NCBI GenBank assembly: GCA_049686315.1
Contig: JBAVHY010000158.1
Coordinates: forward strand, 2,469-66,468
Direction: 5' to 3'
Length of the DNA: 64,000 nt
Source: Candidatus Acidiferrum sp.
GTDB lineage: Bacteria > Acidobacteriota > Terriglobia > Acidiferrales > UBA7541
Shown: positions 10,668-21,389 of the stretch, one piece after another
How the letters are laid out: every line of letters starts with the position of its first letter
Numbering within the stretch: position 1 is the stretch's first letter
Translations under genes and position numbers: made by a program
Notes under the pieces: model-generated
Told to the model about the DNA's origin: nothing
What the model saw: only the letters and a program-made list of their open reading frames with translations
Database searches by the model: none

Positions 10668-11516
10668 TTACCTGAGAGGCGTGAATTTCACTCCTGGTCC
10701 TAGTCCGGCGATAAACACGATCGCCAGAACTGCCGCTGCTATCATCCATCCCCACCTGCGTTCGATCTCGGGCATCTGCAATTCGCTGCTGGGGATGCGC
10801 GGTCCATGGAGCAGGGTCCACATCCAGGCCAGTCCGGAATGCCCGCCAAATGAGGCAGCCGCTGCCGAGAGCAGAATCAAGAGTGGTCCAACCGGATTGA
10901 GCGCGCCCGCGGCGCACGAGAGGATGCCGCTGGTGAGATAAGGTGCGAGCGTAAGCTGCCGCCCGCGCCGCACACGGATTTCCGAGTCCTTCCCCAGGAA
11001 CGGACGCAATTCTCGCAAGCACAGAGGAACGAACAACATGAAATACGTAACCGCTCCCAGCACGACGAGTCCCACGCGCCACGCCCACAGCGGCTGCCAT
11101 CCGCCCACCACCGCAGCCCAGTCACCGAAGTTCCCGATTCCGGAGAACAGAAAATATCCGCCGGCATCGAGCAGATTGAACGTCATCAGCAGCCAGAAGA
11201 AATAACGCCAAGGTGCCGATTGCTTGATAGCACGCGCGGCCCCCCAAAAGACGGCCCCGAAGATCAGATTGGCGAGCGTGCCGCCCGCCGCCACGAGACG
11301 GCTGTCCGCGCTGCACTCGAAGTGCACCGTGGAGAGCGCCAGCGGTCGCGCGCCCGCAGCGACGCACATGCCCCCGTGCCCAAGCCCTTCGTGAATAATG
11401 TCAGTGATCACCGCGGCAGAAATGGCGATGGCAGCGATGGTCCACAGATCGAGTAAGCGCGAAGGGTTGGATTCTGTCGAGGCGTCCTTTGCCAGATCGC
11501 CGGGCATGCATGGCAT
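10668..11516 (-). CDS. polytopic membrane protein, unknown function
   Basis: Multiple hydrophobic helices. It carries HEGLGH, which is HExxxH and not a canonical HExxH. The start is uncertain (ORF is open to 11669; Met codons at 11516 and 11507). Confidence 0.5.
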   Translation of the reverse strand: MPCMPGDLAKDASTESNPSRLLDLWTIAAIAISAAVITDIIHEGLGHGGMCVAAGARPLALSTVHFECSADSRLVAAGGTLANLIFGAVFWGAARAIKQSAPWRYFFWLLMTFNLLDAGGYFLFSGIGNFGDWAAVVGGWQPLWAWRVGLVVLGAVTYFMLFVPLCLRELRPFLGKDSEIRVRRGRQLTLAPYLTSGILSCAAGALNPVGPLLILLSAAAASFGGHSGLAWMWTLLHGPRIPSSELQMPEIERRWGWMIAAAVLAIVFIAGLGPGVKFTPLR

Positions 11517-11675
11517 TCTAGAACGGATTCCATCTACAAGCGAATCCTTCGTGGATTGTCGGAAGGGAGGTGATCCAAGAACCCTTCCACACTTCGTCTC
11601 GCGCTTCAGAAACGGGGTTCGCGGAGATGAGAACGCAAGCGGTCTTCCGCGAAACGGCACTTCACCCATCCGGGC

Positions 11676-12254
11676 TTACCGGGAGTTAGCACGCTGGAGC
11701 GTCGTTCGTTTGCGAAACACGCGGACAATGATTAAGGCATGGATGCCAATAGCTACCACCGCCCCCGCTGCGTGCATCCAGATCATACCGCCCGACCGCT
11801 GAATCATTACTAAGGCAAAAGTTCCCAATGGAATAAACGTTGCGATGGCGGTACCCAGTCCAGGGTTATAAGTACGGAAAATAATCGCGTGCAGAATATG
11901 AAAAAAACCGTTCACTATCAGCAGGTAAGTCGCAATCAATCCGAATCCGATATTGACAGTTGCTGCGAGCCTTATTGAAACTCCAATCACACCCCAGACC
12001 CCGGGCACGTTAATAATAAATACTGCCAAGTGTGACAAGACATCCCGGCCTTTGCCTACGGTCTTGTTAATAAACAATCTGAATCGGTCGTTGTCATGCT
12101 CTTCGTATTGATGAAGCATGTAAACAGGCAGGCAAAGGAAGGTTGCTACAAGAGTGGGCGGCCAATCATGCACAACGACTGGTGCAAGCATCAGCAACAG
12201 CAACCCGGAGAGAAAACCTCCATATACCCAGTTGGTAATCAATCGGTCAAGCAT
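11676..12254 (-). CDS. HXXEE domain-containing membrane protein
   Basis: 192 aa with about 6 TM segments. The diagnostic LHQYEEHDND (HxxEE) motif follows the second helix. Confidence 0.7.
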   Translation of the reverse strand: MLDRLITNWVYGGFLSGLLLLMLAPVVVHDWPPTLVATFLCLPVYMLHQYEEHDNDRFRLFINKTVGKGRDVLSHLAVFIINVPGVWGVIGVSIRLAATVNIGFGLIATYLLIVNGFFHILHAIIFRTYNPGLGTAIATFIPLGTFALVMIQRSGGMIWMHAAGAVVAIGIHALIIVRVFRKRTTLQRANSR

Positions 12255-12477
12255 TCGTTCTTCGTTCGGGTTGAATGCAGTCGAACATTGTGGCTTGCCG
12301 GAAGTATACCAACAGACTCACAAGTCCAGATAAATGGGGTTCGAGGAGATCGGAGCGCGAGCAGCATGCCGTCAGAATGTATTTCCTAACAACCGGACTT
12401 GACAGCCAAGAGAAACTGGCAGTTATCGTCTACGTGGCCCGAATGAAGTCATGCCCACTCGGCACTCATCCTTCGAA

Positions 12478-12678
12478 TCAAGATCGGGATTCTGCACCAA
12501 CTCCGAACTTTCTAAGAATGTCTTCCATAAGGCACCATTTCGTGAAGCCCGATTGCAACAAGTTCGCTCCAACAAACGCGGTGAACCAATACCAGTTGTG
12601 ACTCACCCAAGTTCCCAGCGCCAGGGACACCAGAACAAATGTTCCTGCGATCACGCGGATATAACGCTCCATTGTCAT
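12478..12678 (-). CDS. DUF2892 (YgaP-like) small membrane protein
   Basis: 66 aa with two TM helices and a typical ERYIRVIAG...[18 protein letters not shown] pattern. Its ATG overlaps the RND stop (ATGA). Confidence 0.7.
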   Translation of the reverse strand: MTMERYIRVIAGTFVLVSLALGTWVSHNWYWFTAFVGANLLQSGFTKWCLMEDILRKFGVGAESRS

Positions 12679-15600
12679 TTGCCACCTCGCTCACTCATGT
12701 AATAAAGAACGGGAACAGCCATACGCGAAAGAAACGTCGACGCCACTTCTCCCGCCATTAACGAAATCGCCAGGCCCTGGAAGATCGGATCGAACAGGAT
12801 GACACCCGCGCCAACAACCACCGCTGCCGCAGTCAGCAGCATAGGTCTGAATCTTACAGCCCCGGCATCCACCACAGCCTCTTCCAGAGGCATTCCCTGT
12901 TCCCGCCGCAACTTGATGAAGTCCACAAGGATGATTGAGTTCCTGACGATGATCCCGGCGCCGGCGATGAATCCAATCATAGAGGTCGCGGTGAAGAACG
13001 CGCCCATGGCCGCGTGTGCCGGCAAAATGCCGACCAGGGTCAGCGGAATCGGTGCCATGATGACGAGTGGGGTCTTGAAGGATCCGAACCAGCCCACCAC
13101 TAACACGTAGATCAGAACTAGTACCGCCGCGAATGCCAATCCCAGGTCGCGGAAAACTTCATAGGTAATGTGCCACTCGCCATCCCACTTCACGGCGAGC
13201 TTTTTCTCATCAGGTGGCTGAACAGCTGTGAATTGCTCGATCCCGTAGCCCTCGGGGATTTTCAGCGCATCAATCTTTTTTCCTAATGTGCCAATTGCGT
13301 AGACGGGACTCTCTTCGGCTCCAGCTACATCCGCCGTTACGTAGACCACTTCGCGTTGGTTTTTTCGGTAGATGTTCTTATCGATCGTTCCTTCCTGAAC
13401 CTTCACGAGTTCGCCAAGCGGCACCATCGCTCCATCGGGCGAATCCAGATAGAGGCCGCGCAATGAGTCTGTGCTTGAGCGACTTTCGCGCGACAGTTGA
13501 ACGCGTATGGGCACGTCTTCGCGTTCCTTGACTTGATGCATCAACCCGACCTGCTTGCCACCCAATGCCATCGCTACCGATTGAGAAACATCCTCTGGTG
13601 AAATTCCACGCATTGCCGCTTTATCCTGCTGCACCTGAAGATCGAGTTTCTTCTGGTCCGCCACCACATACCAGTCGACATCCACCACTCCCGGCGTGTC
13701 CTCGAAAATCTTGCGAATCTGCCGCGCCACTTCGATCTGTCGTTGATAATCCGGCCCATACACTTCCGCCACCAGCGTCGAGATCACTGGAGGCCCTGGG
13801 GGGACTTCCGCCACTTTTACGCGCGCATTCCATTTCTTGGCAATCTCCTGAATCGGACCGCGCATTTCTTTCGCGATTTCGTGGCTCTGGCGCTTGCGAT
13901 CGTCGATGGAGAGCAAATTCACCTGAATGTCACCCTGGTTCGCGCCGCGACGGAGATAGTAATGCCGCACCAGTCCGTTAAAGTTGTATGGTCCAGATGT
14001 CCCGGCATACGTTTGGTAGTTCACAACTTCCGGTTGAGAATGCAGGTATGTGCCGATCTCTTGCTCCACGGCGAGAGTGCGCTCGAGCGGTGTGCCTTCC
14101 GGCATGTCGACGATGACCTGGAATTCGCTTTTGTTATCGAAAGGCAGCATCTTGACGCGCACGGCCTTGAAGGCAACCAGCGAGCAGGCCAACAATAAGA
14201 GCACCACCACCGTGGCCAGAAATGCCCAGCGTTTCCGCCAGTTCTGAATCAGTCCACCCATCAATTTGCGGTAGAACTTGGTAGTTCTACCTTCCGCTTC
14301 ACCTTCGGCATGTTTTCCGGTGTGTCCGCGCAGCAACCTCAGGGCGGCCCAGGGCGAAACGACGAACGCAACCATAAGTGAAAACAACATGGCCGCGGAG
14401 GCGCCTACTGGGATTGGCCGCATGTACGGCCCCATGAGCCCGCGCACAAACGCCATGGGTAGAATCGCGGCAATCACGGCGAACGTCGCCAGGATCGTCG
14501 GATTGCCGACTTCGTCCACCGCTTCGACCGCAACATCGCTCCACGATCGGCCCCGACTCTCCGGTAAACGAAAATGTCGCACGATGTTTTCGACCACGAC
14601 AATCGCATCGTCAACAAGGATGCCTATGGAAAATATCAGCGCGAATAGCGTTACTCGATTCAGCGTGTAGCCGTATGCATAAAAGATGAACAGAGTAAGC
14701 GCCAAGCTTACTGGAATAGCCAGCAACACGACGCCCGATTCGCGCCACCCCAACGCCAAACCGACCAACAGAGTCACTGATATCGTGGCAAGAAAAAGGT
14801 GTTTCAGGAGTTCATCCGATTTGTGCTTTGCCGTTTGGCCGTAGTTTCGAGTGACTGTGACCTGCAGGTCGCTCGGGATTACATACCCGCGCAGAGAATC
14901 CATTTTTGTCAATACATCTTGTGAGACGTTGGTTGCGTTGGCTCCCTTGCGCTTTGCCACCGTCAGGGTGACCGCCGGATATGTCCCTCCCGGGCCGTTT
15001 GTAGCTCCTCCTGTTCCGAAATAGACGTAATCTGCGGGTTCTTCTGGGCCGTCTGTTACTGAGGCCACGGCTCCGAGATAAACGGGACGGCCACTTTGGA
15101 CTGCAACCACGATCTTTCGCGCTTCCTCCGCGCTTTGGAGAAAACTTCCTGCTTCCACCACGAATTCCTGATTTCCCTCAGCAAATGATCCGGCCTCAAG
15201 GCGTTGGTTGCTCGTTTGGAGAGCCCGTGCAATCACTAATGGGCTGAGGTGATAAGCCGCGAGTTTCTGCGTATCAAGAGCGATCTTCAGTTCGCGCTTT
15301 TGTCCTCCGAGCAGTGTGGTCTCCGAGACATTTGCTACCTGCTTGACGCTCTGTTGCACTTCTGCTGCGATTTGTCTCAACGTAGCCCCGTCGTAATTCT
15401 TTCCCCAGAATGTCATTGCCAGCACCGGAACATCGTCAATCGAACGGGCCTTGATCAGCGGCTGGCTCGCGCCCTGCGGGATCCGATCAAAGTTTGCGTA
15501 CAGCTTGTTGTAGGTGCGGACAATCGCATCCTCTTCTTTGATTCCCACGTAGAAACGTACAATAACCAACGCACCGCCTGGCTGACTGGTGGAATACAAG

Positions 15601-15851
15601 TATTCGACGCCAGGAAGTTCGTTGAGCAGGCGTTCCATCGGAATGGTTACGCGCTGCTCAACCTCTTCTGCCGACGTCCCTGGCATGCTCACGAACACAT
15701 CCAGCATCGGTACGACAATCTGCGGCTCTTCTTCGCGGGGTGTTTGCCAGATACTGAACAGCCCCAACAACAATGCAGCCACGATCACAAGCGGCGTGAG
15801 CGGGGAATCGATAAACGTATGTGCGATTGTTCCTGCCAGCCCTCGCTTCAC
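12675..15851 (-). CDS. RND efflux transporter permease (AcrB/CzcA superfamily)
   Basis: 1058 aa with a 12-TM RND architecture and two large periplasmic loops. The N-terminus ([22 protein letters not shown]) is typical of the family. Confidence 0.95.
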   Translation of the reverse strand: MKRGLAGTIAHTFIDSPLTPLVIVAALLLGLFSIWQTPREEEPQIVVPMLDVFVSMPGTSAEEVEQRVTIPMERLLNELPGVEYLYSTSQPGGALVIVRFYVGIKEEDAIVRTYNKLYANFDRIPQGASQPLIKARSIDDVPVLAMTFWGKNYDGATLRQIAAEVQQSVKQVANVSETTLLGGQKRELKIALDTQKLAAYHLSPLVIARALQTSNQRLEAGSFAEGNQEFVVEAGSFLQSAEEARKIVVAVQSGRPVYLGAVASVTDGPEEPADYVYFGTGGATNGPGGTYPAVTLTVAKRKGANATNVSQDVLTKMDSLRGYVIPSDLQVTVTRNYGQTAKHKSDELLKHLFLATISVTLLVGLALGWRESGVVLLAIPVSLALTLFIFYAYGYTLNRVTLFALIFSIGILVDDAIVVVENIVRHFRLPESRGRSWSDVAVEAVDEVGNPTILATFAVIAAILPMAFVRGLMGPYMRPIPVGASAAMLFSLMVAFVVSPWAALRLLRGHTGKHAEGEAEGRTTKFYRKLMGGLIQNWRKRWAFLATVVVLLLLACSLVAFKAVRVKMLPFDNKSEFQVIVDMPEGTPLERTLAVEQEIGTYLHSQPEVVNYQTYAGTSGPYNFNGLVRHYYLRRGANQGDIQVNLLSIDDRKRQSHEIAKEMRGPIQEIAKKWNARVKVAEVPPGPPVISTLVAEVYGPDYQRQIEVARQIRKIFEDTPGVVDVDWYVVADQKKLDLQVQQDKAAMRGISPEDVSQSVAMALGGKQVGLMHQVKEREDVPIRVQLSRESRSSTDSLRGLYLDSPDGAMVPLGELVKVQEGTIDKNIYRKNQREVVYVTADVAGAEESPVYAIGTLGKKIDALKIPEGYGIEQFTAVQPPDEKKLAVKWDGEWHITYEVFRDLGLAFAAVLVLIYVLVVGWFGSFKTPLVIMAPIPLTLVGILPAHAAMGAFFTATSMIGFIAGAGIIVRNSIILVDFIKLRREQGMPLEEAVVDAGAVRFRPMLLTAAAVVVGAGVILFDPIFQGLAISLMAGEVASTFLSRMAVPVLYYMSERGGK

Positions 15852-17053
15852 GAATGCTTCTCCCCGTGTGCTGGCGCTGCGCCAGTCTTCTTTCCATCAA
15901 GTTCCTGACTACCAGGATTCAGCACCGCGACTTCTCCGTCATTTAGTCCTGAGAGCACCTCGACCCTATTGCCCGTACTCTTTCCAAGCGTTAAAACGCG
16001 CCAGTGGATCAGGCTTGTGTCGTCCACCACATAAATTCCCCGCAATTGGCCGCGGCTCACCAGGGCCTCAACCGACAACACAAGGGCCCGCTTCTCTCCT
16101 TGCACAAAATACGCTCGCCCGAACATCCCGGACTGAACTCCAAACTCTTTGGGCAAGTCCACACGTGCTTTCAGGGTGTGCGAAGTTGGATCTGCGCCGG
16201 CCTCAATCTCCGCCACTTTTCCCGTGAGAGACTTCTCCGGCAAACGATCCAACTGCACCCGTACCAAGCTATTCTTCTTCACGGCTGAGAGCGCTTCGGC
16301 CGGTAGCGTGGCTTCCAGTTGGTAGCGCGACGTGTCCTCCACCACAAACAGCGACATTCCTGGCGATACTAATGAGCCGGGTTCCACAGATCTACGAATC
16401 ACCCGGCCGTCAAACGGCGCTACAATTCGCGCGTAACTCGCGACACTTTCAGCCGCACGTGCTTCGGATTCGGCTTGCGCCACACCTGCTTCTGACTGGC
16501 TTAACGCCGCCTTAGCTTGTTCGAGATTCGCTTGCGCCGCCTCCTGTTTCGCCGCAACCTCGTCAAACTCCTGGGGGCTCACCGACTTCTGCTCTTTCAG
16601 GTAGTTATAGCGGTCATAGGTTTTCTTCATGACATCGGCCTGCGCTTGTGCCGCAGCCACCGCCTTGGTGGCCTGCACCACTCCGGCGCTTGCGCCTCGC
16701 GAGGCTGCTTGCGCTGCGCTGCGGTGTGCCGACAACTCGCGCTCATCCAATTGAGCAAGCACTTGTCCACGTTTTACGTTGTCACCCTCCCGCACGGCAA
16801 CCAGCAGCACCGTGCCTATCGTTCTCGCTGCTACTTGGGCCGTGGATTGTGCAATCACACTCCCCGGCGCTTCGAGTTCGTCCGCGACGTTTTGCAGCTG
16901 TATTTTTTGTAGGCGCAATCCCTGCACTACCTCTGCTTTTTGCGCGGTGTTCTTCATGCCACCGCCGCACCCGGCGGCAAGCATACCCGCCGCGATCAGA
17001 ACGATCCGCAATCCCTGTCGCATCGTATCTCCCGTTCTTTTCTTGAAATTCAT
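15848..17053 (-). CDS. RND periplasmic adaptor (membrane fusion protein, HlyD/AcrA family), lipoprotein
   Basis: 401 aa with lipobox LAAGC. It has a coiled-coil hairpin (AQA/EAA-rich) flanked by barrel-sandwich segments. ATGA overlaps on both sides. Confidence 0.9.
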   Translation of the reverse strand: MNFKKRTGDTMRQGLRIVLIAAGMLAAGCGGGMKNTAQKAEVVQGLRLQKIQLQNVADELEAPGSVIAQSTAQVAARTIGTVLLVAVREGDNVKRGQVLAQLDERELSAHRSAAQAASRGASAGVVQATKAVAAAQAQADVMKKTYDRYNYLKEQKSVSPQEFDEVAAKQEAAQANLEQAKAALSQSEAGVAQAESEARAAESVASYARIVAPFDGRVIRRSVEPGSLVSPGMSLFVVEDTSRYQLEATLPAEALSAVKKNSLVRVQLDRLPEKSLTGKVAEIEAGADPTSHTLKARVDLPKEFGVQSGMFGRAYFVQGEKRALVLSVEALVSRGQLRGIYVVDDTSLIHWRVLTLGKSTGNRVEVLSGLNDGEVAVLNPGSQELDGKKTGAAPAHGEKHS

Positions 17054-18453
17054 GGCTGGCCTCCGCCTGTAATCAATGCCGACTCCGGCGTCAGGACACC
17101 AGCTGCTCGCTCCAACTGTGCTCTTGCGACTTGCCAGTCCTGCAGCGCTGCAAGATATCCGGTTGTGGCATCCAGTTGCGCTGTCTGCGCACGCAACAGT
17201 TCCGTCACGGTGGTGAGGCCTGCCTCATAACGATTCTGAATAATCCGCAGACTTTCTTTGGCCTGTTCCGCCGCATCGCGTGCCGACGCCGTCCTCTGCG
17301 CTGCGGCATTCCCGTCCAGATAGGCCCTGCGCACTTCCATCTGCACACCTGAACGGAACCACTCCACGGTGTGTTTGGCTTTGTTGGCGTTCGCAGTGGC
17401 TTCCGCGACACGCGCTTTCTGCGCGCCGCCTGCAAAGAGGTTGAAATCGAGTCTTGCGCCCGCCGTCCAGTTCGTCCCTGAAGGACCACCCAGCGCCATT
17501 GCGTCGCGTTCCGCGCTTCCGAACAGCGCGATCTTTGGCCCGAATTCCGCTTTGGCCGCTTTTGTTTCCTCACTCATGGCGGTTTCTTGCAATCGAGCTG
17601 CGCGAAGACCAGGCCTTTGCTCAAGGGCCACGTGAGTCCAATCCTCGATTGTTCTGGACGGCATCCCGGGTTCGACTAAGGTCGCTGCAGGTTCCACCGG
17701 GTCGTCGAGGGTTATGCCCATCTCCCTCGCCAGTTGCATCTCCGCAAGTGCCAGGTTGTTCTCCGCGCGGATTTGACGGTCTCTCATCTGCGAGACAAAA
17801 ACCTTGGCGCTCAGCAGGTCCGAGTCCACCAGGAGTCCCGCCTTATACATGCTCTCCATGCGTTGCGCGCTCGATTCCGCCGTCTTCAGTGCTTCGCCCG
17901 CGGCTTTCACGTTTTCCTTCAAGACCAGTACGTCGTAGTAACTCCGGACGATCCCCAGGACCAAATCCTGCCGCGCCTGTTCCGTCTCGAAATCAGCAGC
18001 GGTCACCAGGCGTTTCGTGCCGCGCTGGTGAAACACGGTCTTCCCTGAATCGAACAGCATCCACTGGCCGTCGATGCGTGTCTGAAAGTTGTCCAGGGGA
18101 GTGGGTGTGTTCAGGCTATTCAGCGCAAAATCGGGAGTCGAAAACTGACGCTGCGTCAGTTTGGTCCCGAACACATACACTGGGTTATTCCCACGTGTGA
18201 AGTCCTGGTGAAAGTCGAATCGCGGAAACCATGCGGACTGCACTTGCTTCAACCGCGCCCGCGTCGCCTCGGCCTCGTCGGTGCTCGTTTGGAATGCCGG
18301 ATTCTGTTGCAGAGCCAAATGCACCGCCTGCCCCAACGTGAGCGGTTGAGCCGCAGCCTTTTCTTGCGCATGTGCCGGTGACGCCAGCGCAAGAAACAGA
18401 ATCACTACACTGACTTGCTTTCGCGCCGGAATTGCACTCCTTCCTTGATTCAT
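17050..18453 (-). CDS. TolC-family outer membrane efflux protein
   Basis: It shows the two-repeat OEP architecture. I prefer the start at 18453 (MNQGRS..., signal ...LALASPAHA, AAGGAAGG RBS) over 18579, because that removes the overlap with osmC. Confidence 0.85.
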   Translation of the reverse strand: MNQGRSAIPARKQVSVVILFLALASPAHAQEKAAAQPLTLGQAVHLALQQNPAFQTSTDEAEATRARLKQVQSAWFPRFDFHQDFTRGNNPVYVFGTKLTQRQFSTPDFALNSLNTPTPLDNFQTRIDGQWMLFDSGKTVFHQRGTKRLVTAADFETEQARQDLVLGIVRSYYDVLVLKENVKAAGEALKTAESSAQRMESMYKAGLLVDSDLLSAKVFVSQMRDRQIRAENNLALAEMQLAREMGITLDDPVEPAATLVEPGMPSRTIEDWTHVALEQRPGLRAARLQETAMSEETKAAKAEFGPKIALFGSAERDAMALGGPSGTNWTAGARLDFNLFAGGAQKARVAEATANANKAKHTVEWFRSGVQMEVRRAYLDGNAAAQRTASARDAAEQAKESLRIIQNRYEAGLTTVTELLRAQTAQLDATTGYLAALQDWQVARAQLERAAGVLTPESALITGGGQP

Positions 18454-18461
18454 CGCATGCC

Positions 18462-18932
18462 TCAAGCGGAGACCCGCTCCGGATTGGACGCGAACTGGAG
18501 CCAACTCGACGGTTCTTCGTGAATCTCGTATACCGTTTCGAGCGTCGCCTTTTCTTTCAGCATTGCGCCTACCGAGCAATACTTTTCTTCCGATAGCTGA
18601 ATGGCCTGCTCGATTGCCGTCTTGTCGAGGCCAAATCCCGTCAGCACGTGCCGCAGGCGGATCGCCGTGAACACTTGCGGTGGCCGCTCCGCTTGATCCG
18701 CTTCCACGTGCACTTCATAGGCGGTCACCTTCTGGTGGTGCTTCTGTCGCAGCATGGTGATGACGTCGAAGGCTGTGCAACCCGCCAGCGCGACGGCGAC
18801 AAGTTCAATTGGCTTTGCGCCCGTCGCTCCGGCGGCATCATCTAGAATGATGTGGTGGCCGCTGCCGGTTTCCGCGATGAACTGCCGTTGCGATTTCAAT
18901 GCCTGCGTCAGACTTACTTTTGCCGTGATCAT
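18462..18932 (-). CDS. OsmC/Ohr family peroxiredoxin-like protein
   Basis: It carries the OsmC fold signature (GAKPIELVAVALAGCTAFDV ... EKYCSVGAML) with both conserved Cys. It ends 8 nt upstream of the tolC-like start. Confidence 0.85.
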   Translation of the reverse strand: MITAKVSLTQALKSQRQFIAETGSGHHIILDDAAGATGAKPIELVAVALAGCTAFDVITMLRQKHHQKVTAYEVHVEADQAERPPQVFTAIRLRHVLTGFGLDKTAIEQAIQLSEEKYCSVGAMLKEKATLETVYEIHEEPSSWLQFASNPERVSA

Positions 18933-19114
18933 CTGCAACTCCTCTTGGTGCTTCTGCACCAGAACAAATGCAATTCACGGGAATTTGTTACAACAAAATC
19001 GCTGGCGGCTTTTGGAAGGTTCAAAGCATGGCCAATCTCTTCTAAGCCTCAGTCTATCTATCAGTTGTGATCCGTCACCGTGAAAACCAGGCGGGTGTGC
19101 TATGGTGAAAGTCC

Positions 19115-20011
19115 ATGCGAAAAGAGATCGAGCAAGCGGTGGCGCTCCTAGAAAAACATGACCCACAGGCGCTCGAACAAGCTCTGGAATTGCTGCAAGG
19201 CACGGTTTTTTCCTTCAGCATGAAGGTTTGCGGACAGCGCGAAGACGCCGAGGACACTATGCAGGAAGTCCTCGTGAAAGCGCTTCCGTACCTCCCGAAA
19301 TTTGAAAACCCACGCGCGCTGCTTGTCTGGCTCTACAAAGTCGCCAAGAATCGCTGCTTGATGAGCCGTCGCAATAGCAAATTTGCGCCCAAGCAGGATA
19401 TGTCCTTAGACGAGTTCATGCCGGATCGTCAAGGCCTTGCGCGGCTCGCCAAGGAAGGTCCGGTTAACCCAGAGTCTCTGGCCATCCGCAGCCAGCAGGC
19501 CAGACGCTTGCGCGAAGTGATTCAGGAACTGCCGCCGCAGTACCGCATCATCCTCGTATTGAGGGATATGGAAGGGCTGACCGACGAAGAGGTGGGAGAC
19601 ATCACGGGCCTTCGCGCGGGAAATGTGCGTGTGCGGCTCCATCGTGCGCGGTTGTTTGTCCGCCAAAAATTGGCACGCCAGAATCGCAGCGGTGTTGTTC
19701 TGGGGAAAACCGGCAGCTCGTCTCACCCGGCCCCGGCAACTACGGAAAAGCGTCCTGCTTCTTGCAAGGCCCTGTTCGCTGAACTTTCCAACTACCTCGA
19801 CGAACAGCTCGATGATTCTCTCTGCGAAAAAATGGAGCAGCACCTAGAAGGTTGCGAACCCTGCGTTGCCTTTCTTGCCAGCCTCGAATCCACGATCGCG
19901 CAGCTTCGCAACGCGCCTTCCGCGTCGCTCAGCAAATCTTCAGCCGCAAAAATCCGCCGCGAGCTTCTGCGGCAATACCCGTATCCTCTTCCCGCCAATG
20001 ACGGAAACTAA
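19115..20011 (+). CDS. ECF sigma-70 factor fused to a C-terminal ZAS-type (zf-HC2) anti-sigma domain
   Basis: Sigma region 2 (EDAEDTMQEVLVKALPYL...WLYKVAKNRCL) and region 4 (LPPQYRIILVLRDMEGLTDEEVGDITGLRAGNVRVRLHRAR) are followed by C217-x26-H243-x3-C247-x2-C250 (HLEGCEPC). No TM segment. Confidence 0.85.
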   Translation: MRKEIEQAVALLEKHDPQALEQALELLQGTVFSFSMKVCGQREDAEDTMQEVLVKALPYLPKFENPRALLVWLYKVAKNRCLMSRRNSKFAPKQDMSLDEFMPDRQGLARLAKEGPVNPESLAIRSQQARRLREVIQELPPQYRIILVLRDMEGLTDEEVGDITGLRAGNVRVRLHRARLFVRQKLARQNRSGVVLGKTGSSSHPAPATTEKRPASCKALFAELSNYLDEQLDDSLCEKMEQHLEGCEPCVAFLASLESTIAQLRNAPSASLSKSSAAKIRRELLRQYPYPLPANDGN

Positions 20012-20951
20012 GAACAGCACTTCCAAAACTCTGCTCAGGGTTTTCTTCCTCCTTATCTTTATTGCATGTTTCAGCGGTTTTCTCTCTCCACCTGTTGCGC
20101 TCACTCTTGGCATTCTGTTCGGCCTGATTCTCTCTAATCCGTACCCGCTGCAAAGCCGTGCGGCGTCTGGCTGGCTCCTTCAGGGTTCGGTCGTGGCGCT
20201 TGGTTTCGGTATGAATCTGCACGAAGTCATCAGGGCGGGCCGCAGCGGGTTCATCTATACTGCCTTGGGAATCACTTTCGCCCTCGTTGTTGGACTTTCC
20301 CTCGGCAAACTTCTGAGGATTCGGGGAAACTCTTCTTATCTCATCACGGCGGGCACTGCTATCTGCGGCGGAAGCGCCATCGCCGCGATCGCACCAATTC
20401 TTCACGCGGACGAAGAAGAAATGGCTGTCTCCCTGGGAACAGTCTTTGTTCTCAACTCCGTCGCCTTACTCATTTTTCCGCCACTGGGCCACCTGCTCGG
20501 TCTCTCGCAAACGCAGTTTGGCTTGTGGGCGGCCCTTGCCATTCATGACACAAGCTCCGTCGTAGGAGCAGCTTCGCGTTACGGCGCACAATCTCTGATT
20601 ATCGGAGCCACAGTAAAACTCGCTCGAGCGCTTTGGATCGTTCCCCTCGCACTGGCAACTGCTGCCATCAAACGCAGCAAGTCGAAGATGCACTTTCCCT
20701 GGTTCATTCTTTTCTTTTGTCTCGCCGCGGTTGTAAGCACTTATCTTCCGACGTTTACTCCATTTTCCAAATCTCTCTTTCAATTCGGGCGGCTAGGGCT
20801 AACCGCCACACTCTTCTTAATTGGCAGCGGAATCTCCCGCGCAACTCTCCGCCATGTTGGCTGGCGGCCTCTTGCTCAGGGAATTCTTCTTTGGATCGTG
20901 GTCGGTCTCAGTTCGCTCTACTTCATTCGCACTGGTTGGGTCGCACTCTAG
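19998..20951 (+). CDS. YeiH/UPF0324 family membrane protein (putative sulfate exporter family)
   Basis: Polytopic membrane protein with TAICGGSAIAAIAP and WAALAIHDTSSVVGAA blocks typical of the family. The ATG at 19998 overlaps the sigma-gene end by 14 nt. Confidence 0.8.
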   Translation: MTETKNSTSKTLLRVFFLLIFIACFSGFLSPPVALTLGILFGLILSNPYPLQSRAASGWLLQGSVVALGFGMNLHEVIRAGRSGFIYTALGITFALVVGLSLGKLLRIRGNSSYLITAGTAICGGSAIAAIAPILHADEEEMAVSLGTVFVLNSVALLIFPPLGHLLGLSQTQFGLWAALAIHDTSSVVGAASRYGAQSLIIGATVKLARALWIVPLALATAAIKRSKSKMHFPWFILFFCLAAVVSTYLPTFTPFSKSLFQFGRLGLTATLFLIGSGISRATLRHVGWRPLAQGILLWIVVGLSSLYFIRTGWVAL

Positions 20952-21389
20952 GCGCACAAGATGCCAGTCTTGCAACAAAGAATTGCTCAGCGAGTTGTTG
21001 CAAACTACTTGGATCACCAAGCAATTGGCCGTCAGTGGCCGGAAACGGGGATGTGGGAAAGGACTAGAGTGTGCACACCAAACATCATCTCAAAACAGGG
21101 TTGACTGCATCGGGTATGCCTCGAGGACGCCGGTGGAATTCGTCACGTAGTGCTCCGGGAGAAGACTGTCCTGCCGGCAGCGGATCGGCTATGCGACAAA
21201 TGATCGGAAGCCAGATCGTAGGGACCGGCGCAAACCCAGCAGGCCAGCGGCACGGTTTCTTGCGCACTTTCTCATCGACAGTAGCCACGGATAAAACCTC
21301 CGAGATCTTTTGGAGCAACTTTGGAGCAATCTAAGAAGGGCCTGAAACTCGTAAGCGCAACCAAAGCAACGGCTTAGATTGAAGTTCCG

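Noticed and set aside
10668-11516. Calling the membrane protein a zinc metalloprotease because of HEGLGH.
   Set aside because: The spacing is HExxxH, not HExxH, and no third-ligand motif is evident.
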